Assembly (NCBI GenBank): GCA_934203105.1
Contig: CAKPYQ010000002.1
Location: forward strand, 8,277-72,276
From: an uncultured Alphaproteobacteria bacterium
GTDB taxonomy: Bacteria; Pseudomonadota; Alphaproteobacteria; CAAHEQ01; UBA3637
Reading direction: 5' to 3'
Length of the DNA: 64,000 nucleotides
Made by a program: the position numbers and the translations under genes. Every line of letters begins with the position of its first letter. Positions within the stretch are counted from its first letter, which is position 1. This document shows, piece by piece, positions 1-8,838 of this stretch. The notes below the pieces were generated by a model. The model was not told the origin of the DNA. It was given only the letters and a program-made list of their open reading frames with translations, and did not search any database.

Positions 1-399
1 AGCGTCTTTATTGCCCGCAAAGCAGGTGACTGCCAATTGTTCTGGTTCAAAGCCCAAAACTTTGGTTAATAATTCATAACTCATATGAATTGATTCATTT
101 TTAAAATAATCGCCTAACGACCAGTTACCCAACATTTCAAAGAATGTTAAGTGTGATCTGTCGCCGACTTCGTCAATGTCGCAAGTTCTGATACAACGTT
201 GAACATCGGTTAATCTGTGTCCTTCGGGGTGTTTTTCGCCCAATAAATACGGGACCAACGGGTGCATTCCGGCGGTTGTGAATAACACTGTCGGATCGTT
301 TTCCGGAATCAAAGAAGCGTTTTGAATTTCTTTGTGTCCGTGTGATTTAAAAAAGTTTAAATAAGCACTGCGCAATTCTTCATAAGATAATTTTTTCAT
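1..399 (-). CDS. alaS: Alanyl-tRNA synthetase, N-terminal part. The gene continues beyond the window start.
   Basis: Reverse-strand translation from the ATG complement at 397-399 gives [72 protein letters not shown]..., the typical AlaRS N-terminus. It is absent from the ORF track because it is truncated at the window edge. Confidence 0.85.
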   Translation of the reverse strand, partial: MKKLSYEELRSAYLNFFKSHGHKEIQNASLIPENDPTVLFTTAGMHPLVPYLLGEKHPEGHRLTDVQRCIRTCDIDEVGDRSHLTFFEMLGNWSLGDYFKNESIHMSYELLTKVLGFEPEQLAVTCFAGNKDA

Positions 400-547
400 T
401 TTCCATATCCTTTAATTTAAAAAAACATTATTTTTGGGATTATATATGCTTTTTTACCAAAGCGCAAGTTTTTTAATAAATAATTTTATCGCCTTTGTTT
501 AAAGTCGATGCGAACGCATTTTTTTTTAAAACAAAGGCGATGTTTTT

Positions 548-3296
548 TTATTTTACGCAGGTAAATTGAGCTGCTGTCGTCGGGTGAACTTCCGCTCCGT
601 TGTAGCCGTCATAAGCAAATCCCGCTTCGTTGGTACAGGAATAAGAGTAGGGCAGGCGATTGTGACGGTCAGATCCCGGATAGGCCAACCAATAATAATT
701 GATGTTATTGATGCCGCAATAATTTGTCGTTCCGGAATCAACCAATGTGTTACAAGAGACACGACCAGTAGTAACTTCTTTCAAAGTCGGCAATCGTCCA
801 CCTAGGTTGGCGCACGTTTTTTTTGCATTTGCAAAGGTTGCTTTACCAACAGGGCATTTTGGATAAACGCATCTGGTAGTGCCGGCCATGTATGAATTCA
901 GACACGTCCAGCCTGGACCGCATTCGTCTTCATAATATGGGCAGACGCCGGCAGAAGCCTCTACATATACCGTGTTGCAACCGGAACTAACGGCTTTCGG
1001 ACAGCATAAGCCGGCCTTGCTGTTATATGGCTGATCGTATGGACAGCAGGTGTTGTCAGAAGCGTTCCAAGTTCTGCTTGCCATTTTACAACAATAATCG
1101 TCCTTATCCGGATCAATAGCCGTTGAACAAGTGTTTGTTTCCGGAAAATAGTTATGACATAGCGTGCAGACGGCTTTATCTTGGCATTCTTTGTTTACAA
1201 CAACTTGACCCGTCGCACAGCAAGCAGACCCGCTCCACAGACGACCGGCAAGCGTACAGCATTCTGCTCCGTTTTCTGGAACATTGCCATAGCAGGTATT
1301 TGTTGCGGCGTCATATGCTTGGCATGTCGTGCAGACGGCTTTATCTTGGCATTCACTGTTTACAACAACTTGACCCGTCGCACAGCAAGCAGACCCGCTC
1401 CACAAGCGACCAGCCGCTGCACAGCATTCTTCGCCATTTTCTGGAATATTGCCATAACAGGTATTTGTTGCTTCTTCGTACGTTTGACATATCGTGCAGG
1501 TCGCTTTATCTTGGCAAGTGCCATTTACAACAACTTGACCCGTCGCACAGCAAGCAGACCCGCTCCACAGACGACCTGCCGCTGCGCAGCATTCTTCGCC
1601 ATTTTCTGGAACATTACCATAACAAGTATTTGTTGCTTCATCATATGCTTGGCATGTCGTGCAGACGGCTTTATCTTGGCATTCACCGTTTACAACAACT
1701 TGACCCGCGGCGCAACAGGCTGACCCGCTCCACAGACGACCGGCCGCCGCGCAACAATCCGCTCCGTTTTCGGGGATATTCCCATAACAAGTGTTTGTTG
1801 CGGCGTCATACGTTTGACATATCGAGCAAGCAGCTTTGTCTTGGCATTCACCGTTTACAACAACTTGACCTGTTGCACAGCAAGCAGACCCGCTCCACAG
1901 ACGACCAGCTGCCGCGCAACACTCCGCGCCGTTTTCGGGAATATTGCCATAGCAAGTGTTTGTTGTGGCGTCATAAACTTGACATACCGAGCAAGTGACT
2001 TTGTCTTGGCAAGTGCCATTTGCAACAACTTGACCCGTGGCGCAACAGGCTGACCCGCTCCACAGACGACCGGCAGCAGCACAACACTCCGCCCCGTTTT
2101 CGGGGATATTCCCATAACAAGTGTTTGTTGCGGCGTCATACGTTTGACATATCGAGCAAGCAGCTTTTACTTCGCAACGGCCGTTTACAACGACTTCATT
2201 GCTTTTGCATTGACACGTCGCCGTATCCGCGCCGATTGGTGTACCGGCCGGACAAGAACAACCTTTTGTTTGGGAATTTCTGACCAACGGCAAAACACAT
2301 TTGGGAATACAAACGCCGTCGTAAATTTCATTGGACGCGGTATCGCATTCGCAACGATAAGACAATAAATTGCAAATTTCCAACATTTGACAATGGCTGT
2401 TTTGGGTGCATTCAACGCAACCCGTGCCGTCAACCCAATAATTTAATCCCTCCGGACAGACGCATTTGTCGTTTTTTTCGATTTGGTTGAGCGGACAAAC
2501 GCAGGTATTATTTTCGATGATGTGGCTTTTTTCACATTCGCACGTTTCTTCCAAAGCGTGTTTAGGCGTTGACGCCGGACATACACATCGGTTGTCTCGA
2601 CAAAATTTAGGTGCCGGACACGCCGGAACACAATAGGTTACGTTTTCGACGCTCTTTAAAGAAAAATAAAAACTCATTTTTTGATGATCGTTTAAACAAA
2701 TTTCGGGGCCGCCTTGGATTTCTTTATCTTCATCATTCCAAACAGTCACTTTTTCAACTGCCGGATTTTCCAAGTTCAACGTGTGTTTACAAACCGCCTT
2801 TCTGACATCTTCAACGTCAACGACAAAGCCGTCAATTTCATCGGTTTTGAAAACTTGCATAGGAAAGGTAGAATCCGGATGTGTCAATTCGGTGTCGATT
2901 TGTTCACCGCCTTGCCAATCGTCCAAGCTTTTATTTGACGTTGCCACGCTGGTTGCATGTAACATTACATCGCTCCACAGGTCGTTAGAGGATTTTTTGG
3001 CCATGCTATATTGATAAATGACAAGCCCGCCGATGGACAGCACACCGATGATCGCCAGCACGCCCAGCATTTCAAGCATGCTACGACCTGCATTATGTCC
3101 CAAGAGGGGACGCGAAAATTTTCGCGCGGCGCGTCCCCTCTTGCCGGCGTTTTCGCAATCGTCATTCTGAGCGCTTGCGAAGAATCTCTCAACTTCCCGC
3201 GCATCATTCACCCGATCAAAAAAATGATTTTTGCAGCCCCCACGCCCCAACTCAAAAATCATTTTTTTGATGTTTAATAATTGATTTTTATTCATT
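548..3296 (-). CDS. Giant cysteine-rich secreted or surface protein with a type IV prepilin-like N-terminal motif (G|RSMLEMLGVLAIIGVLSIGG), paralogue 1
   Basis: A long ORF with AGGAGA 7 nt upstream of the ATG at 3296 (MNKNQLL...). A consensus promoter lies just upstream. The N-terminus matches the N-methylation (prepilin) motif, with Glu at +5 after Gly and an AIIG core. The body is a 55-aa, 8-Cys module repeated seven times, followed by a Cys-rich C-terminal region. Confidence 0.7.
1150..2310. repeat. Seven tandem copies of a 165-bp (55-codon) coding repeat inside the cysteine-rich gene
   Basis: The motif gcagacggctttatcttggcattc and its variants recur at about 1164, 1329, 1497, 1661, 1826, 1991 and 2156. 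The protein shows CQDKAxC..CYGNxPENGxECCAAAGRLWSGSACCAxGQVVxNG repeated seven times. The many ORFs in other frames here (for example 1123-1998 and 1181-1723) are repeat artefacts. Confidence 0.85.
3100..3270. repeat. Cluster of perfect palindromes (REP/RPE-like) lying in frame in the leader-coding region of the cysteine-rich gene
   Basis: The arm caagaggggacgcg at about 3102 pairs with cgcgtcccctcttg, with a nested cgcgaaaattttcgcg. The arm ttcgcaa is paired with ttgcgaa around 3153-3180. A 19-bp perfect inverted repeat atcaaaaaaatgatttttg / caaaaatcatttttttgat lies at 3212-3270. Confidence 0.6.
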
Positions 3297-3349
3297 TTTA
3301 TCTCCTTATTCAGCGTCGACAAATAAAAAAAGAAATAATTATCTTTTAT

Positions 3350-3379
3350 ACTATACACAACCGATTGTTTACTGTCAAG
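3350..3379 (-). promoter_or_regulatory. Near-consensus sigma70 promoter for cysteine-rich gene 1 (TTGACA, 17-bp spacer, TATAGT)
   Basis: The reverse complement reads cTTGACAgtaaacaatcggttgtgTATAGT. It sits about 50 nt upstream of the ATG at 3296. Confidence 0.5.
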
Positions 3380-3469
3380 AGGTATTTTAACGCCAAAATC
3401 AAAAATAACCGATTGAAAATAAATAAATGTTGCCGGAAAAATAGGTTTATAAAAGAAAGTATGTTAATT

Positions 3470-5245
3470 TTACGCTTTTTGAGCCATGAATAAATATCCT
3501 TGGCAGGGCGCTTTGTTTTCCTGACGCAACGTAACTTCTTGGGCTGTAATCTCATCAAAGCCGGCATTTTTCAAGGCCGAATTGATGATGTCAAAGCCGT
3601 GTTGATAACGTCCGTTCGGTTGAAGTGTTATTTGATCGGGATTTAGCGCTTTTTCCACTGTAAAAATAAAAGTGCCCCTCGATGTTAAATATTTATGTAC
3701 TTCTTTAATAATATCGTCTAATTTGTTGATATAACAAAAAACATCTGCAGCGACGATTAAATCAAAAGCTTGCGATACATTTTGCAGATAATCCAAAATG
3801 TCCATCGTAAAAAGCGCATCATAAATATGCTTTTTTTCGGCTTTTTGAATCATTTTTTGTGACATATCGACGCCCGTCAAGCGCTTGGACTCGGTGCGCA
3901 ATAAAGCGCCGCTTAAACCGGTGCCACAGCCTAAATCCAACACGTTTTCAAATGTTTTGCCCGCCGTTTTTTGCGCAATCAATTGCGGAATTTGGCAATT
4001 TAAAATTTGCATTTTTTCATCATAGGTATCCGCAAACGCATCATAAAATGTTTGCGTATAGGCAAAATCAATGTCCGTCCCCGACGATTGTCCGTTTAAA
4101 GCGTTGTTTGTATGAATTGCCAGCGGATTATCGGGAAAGTTTTTTACCCAACCGGAAGCGTAAAGTAATGCCGTTTTGGGTTCTGTTTCAAACCATTTAG
4201 GCAGCATATTTGCCAAACGCAAATGAATAATAGATTGCAGTTGTTTTTGTCCCAAAACCTTAAAATAAAGACCGGCAGCTTCTTCAAAATTGCCCAAATC
4301 TTCCAAGGCAATGGCTAAATTAAACGCAGCTTTTGTATCCGTGGGGTCGATGATAAAAACGTTTCGATACATTTCGAGTGCTTCCATAACGCGATTTTGA
4401 CGATATAACAAAGCCCCTAAATTATTGTAAGCGGCGACATTGTTGACATCTGTGCGCAATACGTCGCGATAGGCTTGTTCAGCCAAATCGGGATTTTCAT
4501 TTTCCAACAACATCGCTTTTTCAAAATAAGCGTCTGTACAAAAACGGTTTACTGCGATTGCTTTTTCAAACGCCGCAAGCGCGTCATTTTTTTGACCAAG
4601 CAGATTTAAAACTTTACCGTATTCAACAAAAAGAAAATCAACATTGTTTGCAATTTTTATTGCTTTTTCAATATATTGTAATGATGAATTGATGTTGTTA
4701 TTTAATCTGTTTTGTACCGATGTTTGATAAAGAGCCTGTACAGAATTCGGATCAATTTTTAAAGCCTCAGCCAATAAATTTTCGGCTTGATTTAAATTGT
4801 TTTGTTGCCGTTCTAACAGAGCCTTGTTCACATAAGCCAACACCATATCGGGGTTGATTTGAATGGCTTTGTCAAAAGCCGTACGTGATTTATCCAATTG
4901 TCCCATTTGGCGATAGATATTTCCCATATTATTTTGGCTTTCGGGCATATCGGCAATTTTTTCATATATAGCTAATGCTTCGTTCAACTTCCCGCTTTCC
5001 TGTAAAGCCACAGCCAAAGAATATTGAAAATCTTTGTTTTTGGGATCGGCCAGCGTGGATTGATAAAGCAATTGACACGCTTCATCAAAAATGCCTTTTG
5101 ACAAGGCAATTAAACCCAAAAAATACAGCGCTTGCGGCAACGCCGGCGATAAATTTAAAACTTGGCGAAAGGCCTTTTCGGCTTCGTCTAATTGTCCGGC
5201 CGCATACAGGTTAATTGCGTTTGATAGTAAGAGGTTTTGATTCAT
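3470..5245 (-). CDS. TPR-repeat protein fused to a C-terminal class I SAM-dependent methyltransferase domain
   Basis: The N-terminal roughly 400 aa consist of repeated 34-aa TPR-like units. The C-terminus carries VLDLGCGTGLSG (SAM motif I) and DLIVAADVFCY (motif II/III). Confidence 0.7.
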   Translation of the reverse strand: MNQNLLLSNAINLYAAGQLDEAEKAFRQVLNLSPALPQALYFLGLIALSKGIFDEACQLLYQSTLADPKNKDFQYSLAVALQESGKLNEALAIYEKIADMPESQNNMGNIYRQMGQLDKSRTAFDKAIQINPDMVLAYVNKALLERQQNNLNQAENLLAEALKIDPNSVQALYQTSVQNRLNNNINSSLQYIEKAIKIANNVDFLFVEYGKVLNLLGQKNDALAAFEKAIAVNRFCTDAYFEKAMLLENENPDLAEQAYRDVLRTDVNNVAAYNNLGALLYRQNRVMEALEMYRNVFIIDPTDTKAAFNLAIALEDLGNFEEAAGLYFKVLGQKQLQSIIHLRLANMLPKWFETEPKTALLYASGWVKNFPDNPLAIHTNNALNGQSSGTDIDFAYTQTFYDAFADTYDEKMQILNCQIPQLIAQKTAGKTFENVLDLGCGTGLSGALLRTESKRLTGVDMSQKMIQKAEKKHIYDALFTMDILDYLQNVSQAFDLIVAADVFCYINKLDDIIKEVHKYLTSRGTFIFTVEKALNPDQITLQPNGRYQHGFDIINSALKNAGFDEITAQEVTLRQENKAPCQGYLFMAQKA

Positions 5246-5392
5246 TTATAACGTCCTTTTAAATGCCAATAGTAAGGGCTTTTGATTTTGATTTCAAGTT
5301 AAATTTAACAACTTTGTCACAAAAGTTGAATTGCGTTTTGTTAATACGATGATATACTTCAATTAAAATATAACGATGAGAAGGATTTTTTT

Positions 5393-5836
5393 ATGGAAAA
5401 CATCAATAAAAAAGCGATTTCGGAATTATCAGAATTGTTGCACGCGAACAATTTGCGGGAAATTGAGTACGAAGCGGATAATGTCCGCATTCGGGTGGTG
5501 GCTAATTTGCCCGAAGAAAAAGGCCTGACGGTGGCGCCGGTTATGTCGGCTGCCAATGCGCCTGTTTCGGCTCCGGCAAAGCCTGCTGCTGATGCGGATA
5601 AGGAAAATCAAGTAAAATCACCGATGGTGGGTGTTGTTTATTTGTCGGCGGATCCGTCTTCTGCGAACTTTGTGCGGGAAGGGGATTTGATCGGGGTCGG
5701 TCAAACTTTATGTTTGATTGAGGCGATGAAAACATTTAATCCGGTGAAATCGACAAAATCCGGACGCGTAAAAAAGATTTTAGTTCAATCGGGTATGCCG
5801 GTCGAATTCAATGAACCTTTATTTGTGATTGAATAA
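5393..5836 (+). CDS. accB: Biotin carboxyl carrier protein of acetyl-CoA carboxylase
   Basis: The EAMK biotinylation motif is present (CLIEAMKTFNPV). An Ala/Pro-rich linker precedes it. accC follows immediately. Confidence 0.85.
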   Translation: MENINKKAISELSELLHANNLREIEYEADNVRIRVVANLPEEKGLTVAPVMSAANAPVSAPAKPAADADKENQVKSPMVGVVYLSADPSSANFVREGDLIGVGQTLCLIEAMKTFNPVKSTKSGRVKKILVQSGMPVEFNEPLFVIE

Positions 5837-5840
5837 GTAA

Positions 5841-7193
5841 ATGATGTTTGAAAAAGTTTTAATTGCTAATCGCGGAGAAATTGCTTTACGGATTCACCGA
5901 GCCTGTAAAGAAATGGGAATAAAAACGGTTGCCGTTCATTCGACGGTTGATGCGGACGCTATGCATGTTCGCTTGGCGGACGAAGCCATTTGTATCGGGC
6001 CGGCGCCTGCGCGTGATTCGTACTTAAATAAAGCGGCGATTATCAGCGCGGCATTGATTTGCGGAGCAGATGCTATTCACCCCGGCTATGGTTTTTTGTC
6101 GGAAAATGCGGATTTTGCGGAAATGGTCGAAGCGCACGGATTAACCTTTATCGGCCCCAAAGCGTCAATGATCCGCAAAATGGGAAATAAAGTTTTGGCG
6201 CGTGAGGCTGCTCAAAACGCCGGATTGCCAGTGTTAAGCGGTTCTGACGGTGCTGTTTTAAACTTGGACGCAGCAACGATTATTGCCGACAAAATCGGCT
6301 ATCCCGTTTTGGTCAAAGCGGCAAACGGCGGCGGCGGAAAAGGAATGAAAGTTGCTTTCAGCCGTGATGAATTGGAAAGCGCGTTTGTTTTGGCGCAAAA
6401 GGAAGCCAAAGCCGCATTCGGTGATGATACGGTTTTTATTGAAAAATACCTGCAAAACCCGCGCCATATAGAAGTCCAGATTTTGGCCGATAATTATGGG
6501 CATGTGGTTTGTTTAGGTGAACGCGATTGTTCTTTGCAACGCAATAACCAAAAGATTTTGGAAGAAACGCCGTCGCCGGCTTTGAACAGGCAACAACGAG
6601 AAGCTTTGTTTGAATCGGCCAGAACGGCGATTGAAAAAATCGGTTATTCGAATGCGGGGACTTTGGAGTTTTTATTCGAAGACGGCAAATTTTATTTTTT
6701 GGAAATGAATACGCGTCTTCAAGTCGAACACCCGATTACGGAAATGGTGACCGGTATTGATATTGTTCGGGAGCAAATTCGTTTGGCTGCGGGCGCTCCG
6801 TTGGGGTACAGTCAAAAAGATGTTCGCATAGAGGGTTGTGCCATTGAATGCCGGATTAACGCCGAAAATCCGGAAACGTTTATTCCAAGCCCCGGCAAAA
6901 TCGGTTGTTGGCATGTTCCCGGCGGTTTATGGGTTCGTGTTGATTCGGCGATGTTTTCGGGGTATAAAGTACCGCCTCAATATGACAGTTTGGCCGCTAA
7001 ATTGATTGTGTTTGGTCGTACCCGCAACGGTGCTTTGATGCGCTTGCGCCGTGCTTTGGACGAATTTGTCATTGACGGCATTGAAACGACAATTCCGTTG
7101 CATCAACGCTTGGTTCACGAAGCCGATTTCATCGACGGGCAATACAATATTCATTGGTTGCAACATTTTTTGGAAAAAAATACCAAAAAGTAG
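5841..7193 (+). CDS. accC: Biotin carboxylase
   Basis: MMFEKVLIANRGEIALRI... contains the ATP-grasp biotin carboxylase motifs. The protein is 450 aa. Confidence 0.9.
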   Translation: MMFEKVLIANRGEIALRIHRACKEMGIKTVAVHSTVDADAMHVRLADEAICIGPAPARDSYLNKAAIISAALICGADAIHPGYGFLSENADFAEMVEAHGLTFIGPKASMIRKMGNKVLAREAAQNAGLPVLSGSDGAVLNLDAATIIADKIGYPVLVKAANGGGGKGMKVAFSRDELESAFVLAQKEAKAAFGDDTVFIEKYLQNPRHIEVQILADNYGHVVCLGERDCSLQRNNQKILEETPSPALNRQQREALFESARTAIEKIGYSNAGTLEFLFEDGKFYFLEMNTRLQVEHPITEMVTGIDIVREQIRLAAGAPLGYSQKDVRIEGCAIECRINAENPETFIPSPGKIGCWHVPGGLWVRVDSAMFSGYKVPPQYDSLAAKLIVFGRTRNGALMRLRRALDEFVIDGIETTIPLHQRLVHEADFIDGQYNIHWLQHFLEKNTKK

Positions 7194-7299
7194 GCTTTAA
7201 ACCATAATTAAATATTCTTTTTTTTTAAGGTGCTATTGCTTTTTTGATAAAGCATCAGCACCTTTTACCTTGTATCTTTTTTTAATTTGGAGGGTAAAA

Positions 7300-7908
7300 A
7301 TGAAAAAGAAATTATTTTTAAGTACCGGTTTTGCTTTTATGTGTTTGTTGGCTTTGCCGGCAATGGCGGACTGTGTTTGCGGTTCGGCGGGTTGCAAGCC
7401 GTGCGATGATTCACAAGATTATTTGGAAGATGTCGGCAAGCATATGAAAAAGCAAGCTAAACGCTTAAACAAGCACATAGCAATTAAAAAACAAGCCAAA
7501 GCAAAGATTTCTCCTTGCGCCGATATAGCGCCCGAGTTTTGGGAAGAAGAGGCCGAAGTTTTGGATAAAAACGGAAATGTGATTTTGTATTATGCTGATT
7601 TGGTGGAAGAAGACACGGTTGCTTTGACGGCCGAACAACAGGCAAAAGCCAAAACAGATGCTGCGTCATTGAAGCAGGCGGGACAAAAGTTAAAAGAAAA
7701 TGCGGCCAAGCAAAAAGCGGAGTGTGCCGAAATTTTAACGTCTGTCAGCGAAGAAGTTATTCCGGTTCAAGCTCAAAACGGCAAACATAAAAAGATGATT
7801 AAATCCAAACGTGCGCAAGGCGAGTTGGTTTGGTTGGACGCTATGGAGAAAAACGGTGACATGTTGATCGAAGTCGGCGATTTTATCGATACCAATATGA
7901 CGAAATAA
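7300..7908 (+). CDS. Secreted hypothetical protein (signal peptide, CxCGSAGCKPC motif, Lys/Ala-rich)
   Basis: The sequence MKKKLFLSTGFAFMCLLALPAMA is followed by DCVCGSAGCKPC. A GGAGGG ribosome-binding site precedes it. No family was recognised. Confidence 0.5.
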   Translation: MKKKLFLSTGFAFMCLLALPAMADCVCGSAGCKPCDDSQDYLEDVGKHMKKQAKRLNKHIAIKKQAKAKISPCADIAPEFWEEEAEVLDKNGNVILYYADLVEEDTVALTAEQQAKAKTDAASLKQAGQKLKENAAKQKAECAEILTSVSEEVIPVQAQNGKHKKMIKSKRAQGELVWLDAMEKNGDMLIEVGDFIDTNMTK

Positions 7909-7979
7909 TCATGAATGATCAAGAAAAGCTCTTTTAACTTAATGCTTAAAAGGGCTTTTTTTTAACAAAGGAGAAATAA

Positions 7980-8435
7980 ATGAAAGAAGCGTATTTTGCT
8001 GCGGGTTCTTTTTGGAACGCGCAATTATCGTTTGACACAGTGCATGGGGTGTTGGCCACCTATGTCGGATATATGGGCGGCATCGTTGCCGATCCAAGCT
8101 ATATGGAAGTTTTGTACGGCGTGACAGGACACGTTCAAACGGTCAAGGTTGTTTATGATGAAAAGGTTGTTTCTTATGCTGATTTGGTTGATTTTTTCTT
8201 TGAAATACACAATCCCAGCATTTTAAAACACGCGTCGAACAAAGCGCTTAACTCTGTTTTATTTTACAGCGACGCTAATGAAAAAAAGATTGCACAAAAA
8301 GCAAAAGCTTTGTTTAACATATACAATCGCTATCATAAGCCGGCATTGACGCAAATCCGCAAAGCCGGTACGTTTTATATGGCGGAAGAAGCTCATCAAC
8401 ACTTTATTGAAAAAAGTTGGCCTTTGTTTAATTAA
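7980..8435 (+). CDS. MsrA-family (peptide methionine sulfoxide reductase fold) protein lacking every cysteine, with GSFWN in place of the catalytic GCFWG
   Basis: The sequence aligns with MsrA (YVGYMGG, TGHVQTVKVVYD, FFFEIHNP, TFYMAEE.HQ). The protein contains no Cys at all. Confidence 0.6.
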   Translation: MKEAYFAAGSFWNAQLSFDTVHGVLATYVGYMGGIVADPSYMEVLYGVTGHVQTVKVVYDEKVVSYADLVDFFFEIHNPSILKHASNKALNSVLFYSDANEKKIAQKAKALFNIYNRYHKPALTQIRKAGTFYMAEEAHQHFIEKSWPLFN

Positions 8436-8546
8436 GAAAGGTCAAAGCTTTTTAATCCTGATGGATTCCCTCCTTTTAAAAGCCTTGACCATAGCGAATA
8501 TATAGGGGGCAAGGCAGATAAATACAAGACTGAACAAAAGTTCAGG

Positions 8547-8747
8547 TTATCGCACTTTTCCGGTTAATTTGTAATACAAGCGATCAAGCCAAGTAATTTT
8601 ATGCCAACGTTTTAATGTTTTCAACGCTTGTTTTTCGCATTCGGCGGCGGACACGGTGATTTTGTGTTCAACAGCGCCGTCACCTGTCTGATAAATGTGA
8701 TGAATATATTTTGGATTTTGGGGATCATTAAATATTTTGGACTTCAT
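8547..8747 (-). CDS. Small hypothetical protein (66 aa)
   Basis: An ORF in a low-GC segment, convergent with the msrA-like gene. No recognisable family. It could be spurious. Confidence 0.3.
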   Translation of the reverse strand: MKSKIFNDPQNPKYIHHIYQTGDGAVEHKITVSAAECEKQALKTLKRWHKITWLDRLYYKLTGKVR

Positions 8748-8838
8748 TCTAATACCTGAGGATAAATGGCATTTTTTAGTTGCTTTTCGATCATTTTATA
8801 TTATAATGCTTTCGTTTTTTTATAAAAAAGGAGGGCAT

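Noticed and set aside
1123-2368. A series of plus-strand ORFs (1123-1998, 1181-1723, 1814-2053, 2020-2283 and others) whose translations are themselves repetitive
   Set aside because: They are alternative-frame read-throughs of the 165-bp tandem repeat array inside the minus-strand cysteine-rich gene, so the repeats generate them in every frame. The minus-strand frame has the promoter, ribosome-binding site and conserved N-terminal motif. This is not a CRISPR array: there are no spacers and the units are coding.
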